Made by a program: the position numbers and the translations under genes. Of a stretch of 64,000 nucleotides of DNA, positions 12,352 through 24,500 are shown piece after piece. The DNA is taken from NCBI GenBank assembly GCA_040954595.2, contig CM082579.2:5328879-5392878 (forward strand). Direction: 5' to 3'. How positions within the stretch are numbered: position 1 is the first letter of the stretch; every line of letters starts with the position of its first letter. This stretch comes from Balanoglossus misakiensis. Lineage: Eukaryota > Animalia > Hemichordata. The notes under the pieces were generated by a model. It saw nothing but the letters and a program-made list of their open reading frames with translations, was not told the origin of the DNA and made no database searches.

Positions 12352-12491
12352 AATGCGGTATGGAGTGTAATTCATGCCAAAATTAGCACACAGCTTTTCG
12401 ATGAGAGTATTCACTTTTCGATGAGAGTATGAATACTCTCATCGAAAAGCTGTGTGCTAATTTTGGCATGAATTACACTCCATAATGCGGT
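12352..12491. mobile_element. Foldback/MITE-like element, about 55-bp perfect arms flanked by direct repeat AATGCGGT
   Basis: Arms 12359-12413 and 12430-12484. The spacer duplicates part of the left arm. AATGCGGT lies at 12352-12359 and 12484-12491. Confidence 0.8.
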
Positions 12492-12955
12492 GTCCGCGAT
12501 GCGACAAAACACTATTCTTGCGTGTTGATTGAGTACCGGAGATGTCACGTGCACTCAAAAGGCATTCGTTATTCGTCATTCAGAAAGTGCGTGCGATCTT
12601 CACTCTTTCCTTCAAGCCCAATAAAAGGCAGGGCGCGACCACCACTATCATTGTCGGGAACATTTTTGAATTGGCTGGATTGTACTGGTCGTCAACACAT
12701 AAATTTTAAACCTGACAAAGCGAGGGTATATCAACAGTGTGGTCCTTCGTCATAAACGACCTTGGCTTCTTCCTAAACTGCGATAAACCTTGAAAGTTTT
12801 TTTTCTGTTACTGGGAAGCAATATTGTCATTTCATATAATACAAGCGTGCAGACTACACATGCAGATAGTGCAGTATCGTCTGTTGCTGAGAGTTCTCTA
12901 TTATACTTATTGCCGTGTCTCGGAATTTTGATTGGTAAGCCCATTTCTTGTTCTG

Positions 12956-13147
12956 TTAAAGGTATACAGTCACCTCCAGTTTACATATGCCCATTATATG
13001 ATTGAAATGGCTTATTTTGTGTTCTAAAGAACACATGGTGGCGCTCGTTTTTCGCGTGTGCCACCAACTGAAAATCGGTGATTGGCTATATCTCAATTTG
13101 CCATGGTAACTGTAGCTAAATTTGCATAGTTGACGGTACACCTTTAA
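12956..13147. mobile_element. Kolobok-like non-autonomous DNA transposon (about 184 bp)
   Basis: TTAA-AGGTATACAGTCA ... TGACGGTACACCT-TTAA: TTAA duplication and 13-bp imperfect TIRs beginning AGG. Confidence 0.65.
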
Positions 13148-14444
13148 ATCTTACATTTTTGTGCCTTTATTTTACAGCGCAACAATATTCAATGTTCATT
13201 ACTTCACTTTATAAGCAAACGAGTAAACTTCTGAAACTTTATTGACCATGAACCACGACATAAGCAGACTAGCCTTTGCTCGGACTAGTCACCGTAGCGA
13301 CCGGGTTGGCAAATGAAAGAAACGTTTATATTGGTTTCCAGTAACAATTACAACATTCCTGGGTTTAAGCGCGGTCTTCTTTGCTAAGTGAATCGGTGCT
13401 GTAAGTTAGAATCCCACAAAATCATACATGTGTACAAGTTTAGGAAACAGTCGAGGTCGTTTCTGACGAAGTGCATTATACATGTATACCGGAAATGACT
13501 ACCCCATCGTTCCCCGAACAGACGGTAAATGGGCAAATATTGGGTTAATTTGTTATTTATTATAAAACTGGAACAAGTAAACAAGGGCAATGATGGACAG
13601 ACAGACGTTTTGTGATAAAACTAAATTGTTAGATCAATGTTTTTTTCTCTCAATGCCATTTTCTAATTTATATGATGGTTCCCAAAAACCCCACAAGATC
13701 CATTGAAGCTGATTGGTATCGTTTCCTCAATTTTTACACTTCTTTCAAAATATTTACCTAACAATGTTTACAACTGTAGGTATCTTCAAAACTTGTGCTC
13801 TGTTCAGGTGTTTACTTAGTGACGAGATCATAAAGGTGAATGATCCGATTCAGCTTTACTGACCCATATACATGACCGCATTATTCATGTTGAACATTGG
13901 CAGGCAAAGAGACCTTCTTTTAGAATCGCATGCTGCGGTCACCCTACTTGAGTGACAGTGCACATACCCATTACTTGTACATACTAAGTCTCTGGTTTAA
14001 TTGTTTTGGACCATTAATCTATGCACTCTCTTGGCCTAAGGGGGGGGGGCAACTTTTTTTTTGAAGTATGCTGGTTGAAGACCTACTGCTAGTGTATGCC
14101 TGACATCCCATGAGTTGCTTGCGCATGCGTATTTTGTCGCGACTGTCAAATTAATGCATGCTTGGTCTCTCCAGACAAACAGCCTACCTGTGGATACCAG
14201 TACATACGCGCGACCTGGTTCAGGTACGATATCTCGTCGGTTAGAAAGTGATTAATGCTTTCCTTTTACTACCTTAAAAACTAAAGGTGTGCCTGTCCTT
14301 TTTTATCATCAACCAGGTTGCCTCCGCGCTACTGAAAGTCAACGAAGCGAATCCACAAATCGGCGCACCTGGTAAAAGTGCAAAAAAAAGTGCGACTTAT
14401 TTGCAGACCACTCCCGATCCCGCTGTAGGTGACACTTTCTCGTC

Positions 14445-17400
14445 ATGGAGGCCATAGAACTGACAGACTTCTCGGAGGAGAGCGGCGGCGACGAGAACAA
14501 GAAGCGGGGAAACTGGGGAAGTAAACTCGACTTCTTGCTTTCCTGCATTGGCTTCGCCGTGGGTCTCGGAAACGTCTGGAGATTTCCCTATCTGTGTTAC
14601 GCCAATGGCGGAGGTAAGAAATTCAATATTCTAAGGTTTACTGAACAAACATTGCATAAATCTGCAACGGTCCTTTAGGTTTTCTGAAGGAGAAAACAAT
14701 CGCAAGGGTAAACATAACGGGAGGTTATTCGAAAGTCTTCCGATTTGACTTATTTCCAGATAATTGCGTTGCTGGTGTCGCTTACCTCACAATTACACAT
14801 GAAAGAGTAGTAGTTTTGCGTCTTTTGTTAATGTTGTATTAAAAAATTCTAGGGTGACCGTTTTGTCCCATACCCCCTTTTGTCCATTCGCGAACGTGGA
14901 CCCGACGGACGTGTTTGGCCTCGAGTTGTCTACACGTTTCTACACAACAAAGTGACAAAATTCACATTTCACCAGAAAACGCATTTTGTACTAGTACTTA
15001 CATGAATGAAGCGACGAAGTCCCTCAACTAACTTACTGAATAAACGAAGGGAGTCCTTTCTGTCTGTCTATCTTTCTCTCTTCAATTTTGCTGTTTGCAA
15101 ACGCATATTACAAATCAGATAGATATAATATCCAGCACCGTTCTTTTCCTTGCATTTCAGGTGCGTTCCTCATTCCATACATAGTCTGTCTGGCGCTGGC
15201 CGGCTTGCCATTGTTTTATTTCGAAATCGCCCTAGGACAGTTCGCCAGTTTAGGATGCGTGGGCGTCTGGAACATGTCCCCCATTTTTAAAGGTAAGATA
15301 ATTCGCCATGCCACTTGTGCAGCTTTATCATTGAAATTCAAAATGGCGGCCATTCTTTGTGTTACGCCTATGGATAATTATTGGAGTAAAGTTGATGAAC
15401 ATCTTGTTTTCATGAAAGACACCTCAAACACTTCAAGTTAATACAGCAAACAATAGAAAAATTGGAAGGACTGTGATTTTATCTGAGTGTCTGTGCGAAC
15501 TACCTTAAACTGAAGGTGTAAGCGTCACTGCGTCGATTGTTGTCAAACTGAACCAAAGTGATATAAAACACTCCTGCGGCGAGTTAAGTTACATGACCTA
15601 CCGAAATAACAATCGTTGAAATATGTGGGTCATACAACGTACTAGAGAAGGCTTTTAAACATGTTAATATGCCTATATATTAGTAATCTTACCACGTTTG
15701 CTTTACATCACGGAAAGTCGCACGACCTTTTTTTTTTTTTTAATCTGAACAAAGAAAACAACCGACGTCAACATCAATGAAACTGATATAGAATAATTCT
15801 AAAGTTGTAATGTGTGTGACCTGTTGATTTTATCACTTTCTCCAAAGCCTATAGTCAGTTAAGTATGTCTGACTATGGTTGAAGAAGGTGATGGATAATT
15901 TTTTGACGTTTAATTTTCTTAGTATAGCCTGGGAAATATGCGTATATACACGTCACAAATGTACGTGTATGTTCGTGTATGTCGCCTTGCGATGCTGAGT
16001 CACTGTTTAGCACCGTTTACAAAACCCTTACAATGAACGAACACTGAGAAATTTCTCCCGCCCTTTGCACACAACATTCAGGTCTCGGTTTCGGAATGGT
16101 CCTCGTCACCGGTTTGGTGTGCGTCTACTACAACGTCATCATCGCGTGGACCATCATGTACCTGATCGCCTCCTTCACCAAAATTCCCCACGTGCCTTGG
16201 GACGGCTGCGGTAACTGGTGGAACACGGACTTCTGCTTCGACGGGAAAAATGGCACCAACATGACCGCGGTCGTGAACGGCACCAACGTGACGTATGTCC
16301 GCGCCACGCAGGAGTATTGGGAGTAAGACTTTCCTTCAATATTTGTTCGTTTTCACGCGTTTGTTTTTGGCTGCTTTCTGCATTCGACACCGATTGTTCT
16401 CGCCAGGCGCATTTTGTCCCGAGTAAATATGTTCGCAAACACACAAGTTTATCTCCGTGGAAATAAACTCTTCTGTCATGCAAAATAGAGCCTTATACTT
16501 ACTTATGAAACTGCCTCAATGTTCACTCTTCAACTGAGCGTCTGCTCAACACAAATAGTCGATAGAAATAATAGAAGTCTCTCTCTCTCTCTCTCTGTCT
16601 TTCTCAGTTGGTTTGTCCTCAGGCGATCAGACGGTATTGATGAATCCGGCGGAGTTGTCTGGCAGCTTGCTTTGTGTTTACTCCTGGCCTGGATCGTCGT
16701 CTACCTGTGCATCATCAAAGGAGTCAAGACATCGGGAAAGGTAAACAGACGTCTATTGCAAAGCTCACAGAAAGCGTCAGTGGAAAAAGAAGAAGAATGT
16801 GTCTGTATAAACACGCAGTCGCTGTGGTAGACATGGAGTGAATGCTTTCGGAATACGGCGTGTCCGTGACTGGGGTTTATCATCCGAACGCAAAGTCACA
16901 AAGAACACTTCTTACAGAAACGATCTACTCTAATTTGTTTCCTTAAATTTAATTTTGTCTTATGTGTCGCTGACAGGTGGTATATGTCACAGCGACGTTC
17001 CCGTACGTTGTGCTGATCATTCTCTTTATCCGAGGAATAACACTGCCTGGTTCGAGAGAGGGAATACTGTTCTATATCAGACCAACCTGGTCAACTCTTC
17101 TCAAACCCAAAGTAAGTTCTGCTTGGGACCAATCAACATGTTTGTCATACAAACAGTCGTTCGTACTGGCTAAACCGTTGTTTTAATGCTCTCGTCTTTC
17201 ACGAGACAATAAATAAATGCACGATCCTGAGGCGCAATATAATGTTCCATTGCCTCAATGCAATTACTCTACATCCTACTCGATGTCACGGTATTTCTTA
17301 CAATACGATTTTTTTTCCTTTTTGTATTAGGTTTGGAAAGATGCCGCAACGCAGATCTTTTATTCTCTTGGTGTGGCATTTGGAGGCCTGCATACCCTCG

Positions 17401-19555
17401 GAAGCTTCAACAGATTCCACAACAACTGTTACGCGTATGTGGCTCGTTTTTGCTATATTTAAAAAAAATGTTTACAATACTATTTGCTTATGCAAACAAT
17501 TTCGAGTTTGAACCAGGGTTGAAGCCATCAAATGCAATAACAACAACAACAATAACAAGACCATCATTTCCTTATTATTATTTTCAGTGATGCGCTCATT
17601 GTGGCACTGACCAATTGTGGCACAAGTGTCTTCGCCGGTTTTGTCATTTTCTCGATCATAGGATTCATGGCTCACGACATGGGAGTCGATGTGGCTGATG
17701 TAGCTGCTAGTGGTGAGTTAAAGCATAGACAGTAGAGGGTTAAAGGGTAGCATGTCGGTTAACGCTTCCAGAACACGTACATTTACCTACCTGCATACAT
17801 GCATACCTTCATGCATACATACATTTTAATTGTAGTTACGTCCATGTTATGCGCAAATATAGTTATGTAATGTGAAAACAAGGTACTCTGAAAAAATGCA
17901 TGTATTTTTTTTTCATTTGACAGGACAGGGTTTGGCTTTCGTTGCTTACCCGGAAGCGATATCTCGTCTTCCAATCTCACCTCTGTGGGCCATTTTGTTC
18001 TTTCTCATGCTGTTTACACTTGGTTTGGACAGTCAGGTAAGTGTGTAGGACATCCTAGAAGAGAACAGCAAAGAATCAGCAAACGTAAAGACCGAGCCAA
18101 CTCTACAAATGATTTTAATCAGATTGTGAAACATCTCGAACATTTTCTTCCCAACTCAAACCAAGAACTTTTTTGAGGAATCGTATGATCATATTATATG
18201 ATATTTTGTTTTACAGTTTGTGATGATGGAAACTGTTATTACTGCCGTCTTGGATGGACTCTCGGATGCATTCCGCAAGAGAAAGGCTCTGATTACCGGC
18301 GTCCTTTGTGCTATTTGGTTTTTCTTGGGATTACCGTGTGTTTTAAATGTAAGTATCTCGCACGACAAGCTATCTATACCGAGTGAAGGATTTTCATAGA
18401 AAGCAAAAATATGAGGAAAAATGGCAGTATTCAGTAAAGTAGATTGATTGATTGGTCGATCGATTGAGTGGGTGATTCTGATAGAAATAAAACCACCCAA
18501 TTGTAATATTTCTTTACTTTTCAGTCTGGCGTCTACTGGACAACCTTGTTGGACACATACTCGGCAAGCTTCGCACTGATGATCATCTCTGTCTTAGAGT
18601 GTTTGGTTGTGAGCTACATTTACGGTTAGTACGAGTTATCTCTCGCTCTCACGTTAAATTAAGTACACGAAGTTTGCCAATGTTCCAGACAAAATATGAA
18701 AACTAAATACGTAAGATATATACGTTAATATCCTTCTATCTCTACAGGAATACGCAGATTCTCTAGGGACATCAAAACAATGCTGGGTTTCGCACCAAAC
18801 ATCTACTGGCAAGCTTGTTGGGTGGCGATCACTCCTATCATTCTTGGGGTAAGTTCTTAAAGTTTGACTATTCATCTTTTATATGAGTATTACAAGTTCT
18901 TCTTACTTTATTGATCCGTCACTTCACGGTGTTTAACCATGAAGACGACCTGACTATTAGATAATTATGTATCAACTCGGATCATAGGTTTAAGCTACTC
19001 TTCTTTCCCCTTATCTTTTTCAGGCAATTCTAATCTTTAGTTTCGTAGAGTACGCCCGTATATCGTACGACGACGAGCCGTTCCCGATATGGGGAGATGT
19101 CCTCGGTTGGCTGATGGTCCTCTTAGAACTGACGCCTCTTGTTGTTTACGCCGTGTACATTGTTTATCAACAAGAAGGGACCCTCTATCAGGTGAGTTGC
19201 AGTTGATTGTGGTAACGTTTCGGGTAATTAAAATGCCAAAAGTGTGCTTTAACTGAACCCCTTTTCGCATTGAACATGAAACTTATCACAGACTCTCCGT
19301 TACTTCACTTCCTCACAGAAAATTGCGAAAGCCACTAGGCCAACGGCAGACTGGGGACCGGCCCTGGACAAACACCGCATCGAGGCCGGCTACGAACCTC
19401 TCGAATTAGCCGATGCCAGTACAAAGTATTGGAACGGTCAGAACGTCAAAAGTGCCTACGCGAATGACGGCTACGAACATCCGCACGTGGTCGATCCGTC
19501 TGCCAAGGAAAATCGATACTCGGTGGGGTCACAATGTGACATCGAAAAATATTAA
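14445..19555 (+). CDS. SLC6 Na+/Cl- dependent amino-acid transporter, proline transporter (SLC6A7)/GlyT subfamily-like, 13 coding exons
   Basis: Exons 14445-14613 ([37 protein letters not shown]), 15161-15292, 16082-16322, 16608-16740, 16977-17111, 17331-17434 ([12 protein letters not shown]), 17588-17712, 17924-18036 (LGLDSQ), 18217-18348, 18525-18624, 18748-18848, 19024-19191, 19319-19555 (DWGP..TAA). TM1 has Gly, not Asp, so not a monoamine transporter. AATAAA at about 20030. Confidence 0.93.
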
Positions 19556-20139
19556 ACGATAAAATCGGGAAAGTTACATACTTTCAGGTTTCAGTGTATA
19601 CTATTATATGCGGCATTGTAGTATGGGATATCTCCATCTTTTGTACACCACGTTTTAACCTTGTATATCGAGTTGGGTGTGGCATTTATTTTTGCTTACT
19701 TTTGTGTTATGTTTATTTTTCTAGGGTATATTTTTCTAACTGAATGTTATTATCATTTCGATAATGACGGAAAGATACGTCACCTTTGGTCACTATGATT
19801 GCATGGCCCATTTGATATCGTTTATTCAGAGTCACCTTTCAAAATGTACGACTGGTATTCCCAATTCTGTCTGGCATGTGAGACTTCTCGAAACTTGCTT
19901 TAGAAGAAGACTTTGGGCTTGATTCCACTTTTAAGGGGACAAGAAAGTTTACTTTCAGTATTGTGTATATAATGTCGTGCATCTTTTTGAACTTTTACAG
20001 CCACGTTGTGCTGAAATTTTCAACAAGGAAATAAAGTGTATTCGAGACGTACTTTAGTGTCCGTGCGATGCTTAATTTAGTCCACACTCTAAGTTCGGTT
20101 AAGAAGTACTAAGTATATTCACCTTCATGAATGAATGAA

Positions 20140-21058
20140 TCACCCCAATGGTACAGCTGCGTTACCACAGCTGGGGTTGGTATAGCACGCAAATATTGGG
20201 GAGCTGGCGTACCCTTTATATTCGTAGGTGGTGGCATTCCCGGGGAAATAGAAAGAGATGTTTTGGGTCATCGTCACGATCCGTGGAAAAGGATTAGAAA
20301 TATATCGGTTTCTTCACAGACAGTAGACTATTCTCCAAACTCGCAAAAATCTCACCTTGTCGTGATCCTCCATGGTGGATGGGGCGCAGTCGGTAACAAC
20401 ACGGCCTTGGTCAGAGCGTCAGTGCCGCAAGGCTTCTGTCTCCCAGTATGGACGTCGTACGTGCGTCAATGTTCCCAGCAAAGCTAAGTGCAGTAAATGT
20501 GGCCCCACAGACCCATCATTTCGGCTTGGCTCCATAAATTTTCGCCCGTAGAAGCGACTCGCATGCACACTCACATGTGCCATTGTATTGAAGACGACGA
20601 GGCTACTCGTCATAGACTGCGCCCTCAAGACTACCGTAATACGCATTAAATTTACATAACAATAAACGTAACATCAGTTAAAACAAGACGGTAAAAATGG
20701 TATTTTATGACTAAATAACAAGCTCCTCGCATATTTACTATGCTCTATACAATATTACTAATTAAGGATTATCACGAAACGACTGTCACTGTCCATTCTT
20801 AGCAACATTCAACTCCAAATAGTATTGTTACTGGGGCAACTGCTTATCTCTTGGGTCAACCGTAGTAAGAGTTTGAACACCGCAGTATATGTACTGTGAG
20901 CAACCCGGAAGTGGTTATCTTTGCGCAGAGGCGATATCGTAGCCCATGAGGTTTATCCGAGGCGCGATTATTGCTAGTTGAAAACTTACCCCAATACCCC
21001 GCACTGACGACGTGAAATATCGTCGGCTGTTGCAATTTTTGTAGGCTTCTCCGGAAGC
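20140..21058 (-). pseudogene. Possible decayed multi-exon gene remnant of unknown family
   Basis: Exon-like blocks with splice signals: 21058-20990 (ttattag|..GGG|gtaagt), a block ending CAT|gtgagt near 20573, 20483-20356 (cacttag|..AAG|gtgag; stops in all three frames), and 20280-20140 (pyrimidine tract ending CGG instead of CAG; IVTMTQNISFYFPGNATTYEYKGYASSPIFACYTNPSCGNAAVPLG*). Confidence 0.3.
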
Positions 21059-21544
21059 CTAATAATGAAATAAAAATCAGACTCACTAAAAATCAAATGG
21101 TCATGGTCCCAGGAACTATAATCAATATGGGAGGGGAATACAGTCCATCAAACATGGCCTCTAGGTCCATTAGGGCATACCGTAATGCTGAGAAGTATCT
21201 GTTACGTGAACACATTTATTTCTTGCAAGATCAGAGAAAATTGATTTCACACAGAATCACATAAATTATTAGTTTTATATATTTTATTACAATAGGAAAG
21301 TACTGATTGCAGCATTCTGTCCTGAAGGGAAAAAGTCAAATTAAATTAATTATACATTATAAATCTGCTAGCCGAGAATACTACATGTGCTATAGGTTTT
21401 AATTATATCCAGGTACCACAGAAAATGTGTTAAAATTGTCTACATACAGCAGTAGTTCTATAGGCTTTACAAACTAAAATTTACATGATGGGTTTGATGT
21501 CTTGGACTTAAATTTCCAGGCAGTTCTGTACTTTCAAAAGGTAG

Positions 21545-24500
21545 TTAGAGTTGATTTGCAAAGCTCCTGGAGAGATTGGTTGGAAAAGATCGTTGCTTTG
21601 GAGACCCGACCCTGAAGGCAGGCTCTGAGACGTGTCTCAGTTTGAACTCGGCAATGGGACTGTTCTTCCAGGCCAGATGCGGCAGCGGACTGCGGTTGAC
21701 AACTGGTGATGGAGAGTATCTTTTGACTTCACTCTGCCGATGTGTTGATTTCCTGAGTCTCGGTGCTGCAGGGCTGGGCCAACTGTGTGTGGAGAGAAAA
21801 AATATGTAAGAGGTACATGTAAGCTAAGTTGTGTCGCAACCATGATGCCCACATTCAACTATTAAGAAAGAATCAGCATGTATACATTATTTGCAGGTTT
21901 TTTGAATTTTTTTTTGTGGAAAGTCAGAGGGGCTTACCCGACTTGAGTTTGTGCAGGATAAGAGGTCACCATGGATTTCCATTTGAGGATGTTGGGATAC
22001 TTTTCGACAGAGTTTGCTTTGTTCACCGCTCTGAGAACATCCAGATCGAGTTTTGTTGGATGACACCTGAAAGATATTGCAAACAGTACATAAAACACAC
22101 TAAATCCATCATAATATAACCTATTGACTACTAATGAGTAAATATGTAGAACTTTGGAGGTTTCCTATGCACAGGAACACAGGACGTATGCAGCACTATT
22201 ACAATGAATGATTCCACTGTTTGACTCAGTACTTGGTATGGATAGAACTTGCTAGTGTCCGAGCCACCAGTGGCCAAAATTTGGAAATAACTTGACCTTG
22301 ATCTTTCAGACCCCTGTGGCCAGCCCATCCCAACTGCACACAACTTACAAGTCCACACTGCAGAAAGGAAAAAAGGTCATTCGGGGTCATGCAAATGGCT
22401 ACTTGTTTGAAGTGTCTACATACCCTGTGATAAAAACCTTATCTGGACCAGCATGGCCAGATATAGTCGTCCTGAACACCTGTGGTGTCAAGAATCCTGC
22501 CTTTGCGTAGTTCACATGGCCATCTTTCTCTGTGGGACTGGTTGCTGATGCCTGCGTTTCCACGGAAACCATGTTAACATCGCAGCTTTGCTGGTTCTGG
22601 CCAGACTTTGAGTCTGTTACATCATTTGGAATTTTTGATGAGTCTCTCGCATGTGTTGGACTTTTGGCATTAAGGGAAAGATCTGGTATTACCACGGAAG
22701 GCCCTGTTTTCCTCAGTGCATTGTCTTTTCCAATGACTTCCTGTGTGCTGCCAACAGAACTAGTCCTATGGGAATTTGACAGACTATTGTCAGATACATC
22801 GCTTGGATCTGATTGGCTGCCATTATCCTGGTACAGTGTGAGTTTTGACAGTTCTTCTTCAAGAGTCAGACAAGGTTTGCGTTTTAAGGTTCGTATGTTG
22901 TTTCCTCCACCTAAACTGTCTGGAGAATCAAACACTGCATCATTCTCCGACGCAGAGCTGCTGAAACTGTCACCTGCAGATGACTGCGACGGCCTCCAGT
23001 CTTTCCAAACATCCGTTGACGTTGAACTCGTGCCGGTACTTCCATCGACTGAAGTCACGTTGCCCAGACTGTGGGGACTTTTGAATTGAATGTTTCCTAG
23101 TAACATTCCATCTTCTGTCCTGGCGCTCAAATTCGGCAATCTAAACTTGACATCTGCTGATGATCCCACCTGAGGTACACCTGCACACTCGGCTTCACAA
23201 GGCGGTGGTGACGTGGGACCTACCCTATCTCTGGCTGTCGTTTCTGCTGCAACCTCAGAGTGAGGTTCTCTTTTCTCAGCGTCCTCGCGATGGGTGCCTG
23301 AAGCTTTACCCACATCCACACACTCGTCATCATCCAACTTGGCTAACTCGAGACTTTCCGTCAGAGATTTTACGACACCACTTTCACTCAGTGAATTTGG
23401 ACTCAGTGGGGGGTTTTTTGGGTCAGGTTTTACATGGACTGGATAATCTACAGAAAGGAGAGAGATGCTTTAGTTTTGTTTTCATATAACTGTAATGCCT
23501 TGCATATAACTTGGCACTCCAAAGAAGTACAGGTACCTCCTATAACTTCAGTACAAATTATTTTGCCTTTTTAACAGATATGCATAAAGGTAAATTGATT
23601 ACCTGGACTGATATTGCTTCTCTCAGCAAGATACTTTTCCAGGAGACTCAGCCCTTCTGGAGTAGACAGGTTGGCGTAGCAACCCAGGAAGTCCCAAAAC
23701 TCCATCCATGGCAGTTTTAAAGTCTGGGCAAGATCTCTGAAATGAGGAGTGGGAAAATGAACAATGATAGACGCATCAAAGACAAAGCACAGAAAGGTGA
23801 AACTAAAGCAAGTGTCAGTTCCCATTGCAAAACATCCACTACAGCACATTGTTCACCAACCTTCCATGCCTTTCAAGGCCCTTGTCACTGTCTTCTCGTC
23901 TAATCTGCAATGCTGTCCCCTTCAATGTACTTCTTGGTGGGGTCTTCCACTTCTTGTGGAAGTCTTGTGCCTGGTGTAGCATGAAGAAAGAGTAATAAAA
24001 CTGTAATGTCTCAATACCCACTAGCTTTGACTCATACATTTTCTGTCACCAATCAAATGAGGTACGTGTCTATTTTGTATCAACTTGTAATGTATGAAAT
24101 ACTAACTAGTATGAGTTAAAGAACATCACATGACTTACTTGCTTGGATGTCATTGGTCCAGCATATGCCTTGACGGTAACAACAGGATCCAGTGGGCTAA
24201 TGATCCTCTGTTTAGACAGTGGACTCGATTGGTGGATTGGTGTACTAGGGGACCATGGTTCACCAATGGTGCCAACCGTTACATCATCTTCTGCTCGTAT
24301 GAGTGGTACATAGTAATGATCTATAAATTGGAATAACCGTTAGAATTAAATATTTTTACCACAGTTACTGTTAGCTATGGGGTTGAACCACAGAGCTATG
24401 ATGAATAGGTGTGACTGTATCTACATTCCTACCTTTCAGAAGTGCCTGTATGTCTTCTTTGATTTTTGCACACCCCGCACGACAGCAAGCAATCTGACGA

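Noticed and set aside
13390-13730. Possible Helitron/Helentron-derived remnant
   Set aside because: Only a general resemblance; no definable termini or second copy in the window.
18728-18736. ATATCCTT U12-like donor in the SLC6 gene
   Set aside because: It lies in the pyrimidine tract of a normal GT-AG intron and the frame is already satisfied.
20466-20480. In-frame TGA after a Cys (CWEH*) as selenocysteine
   Set aside because: Not a CxxU spacing, no SECIS recognised, and the other frames are also broken.
22532-23089. 185-aa plus-strand ORF
   Set aside because: Antisense shadow of the large Ser-rich ANKLE2 exon.
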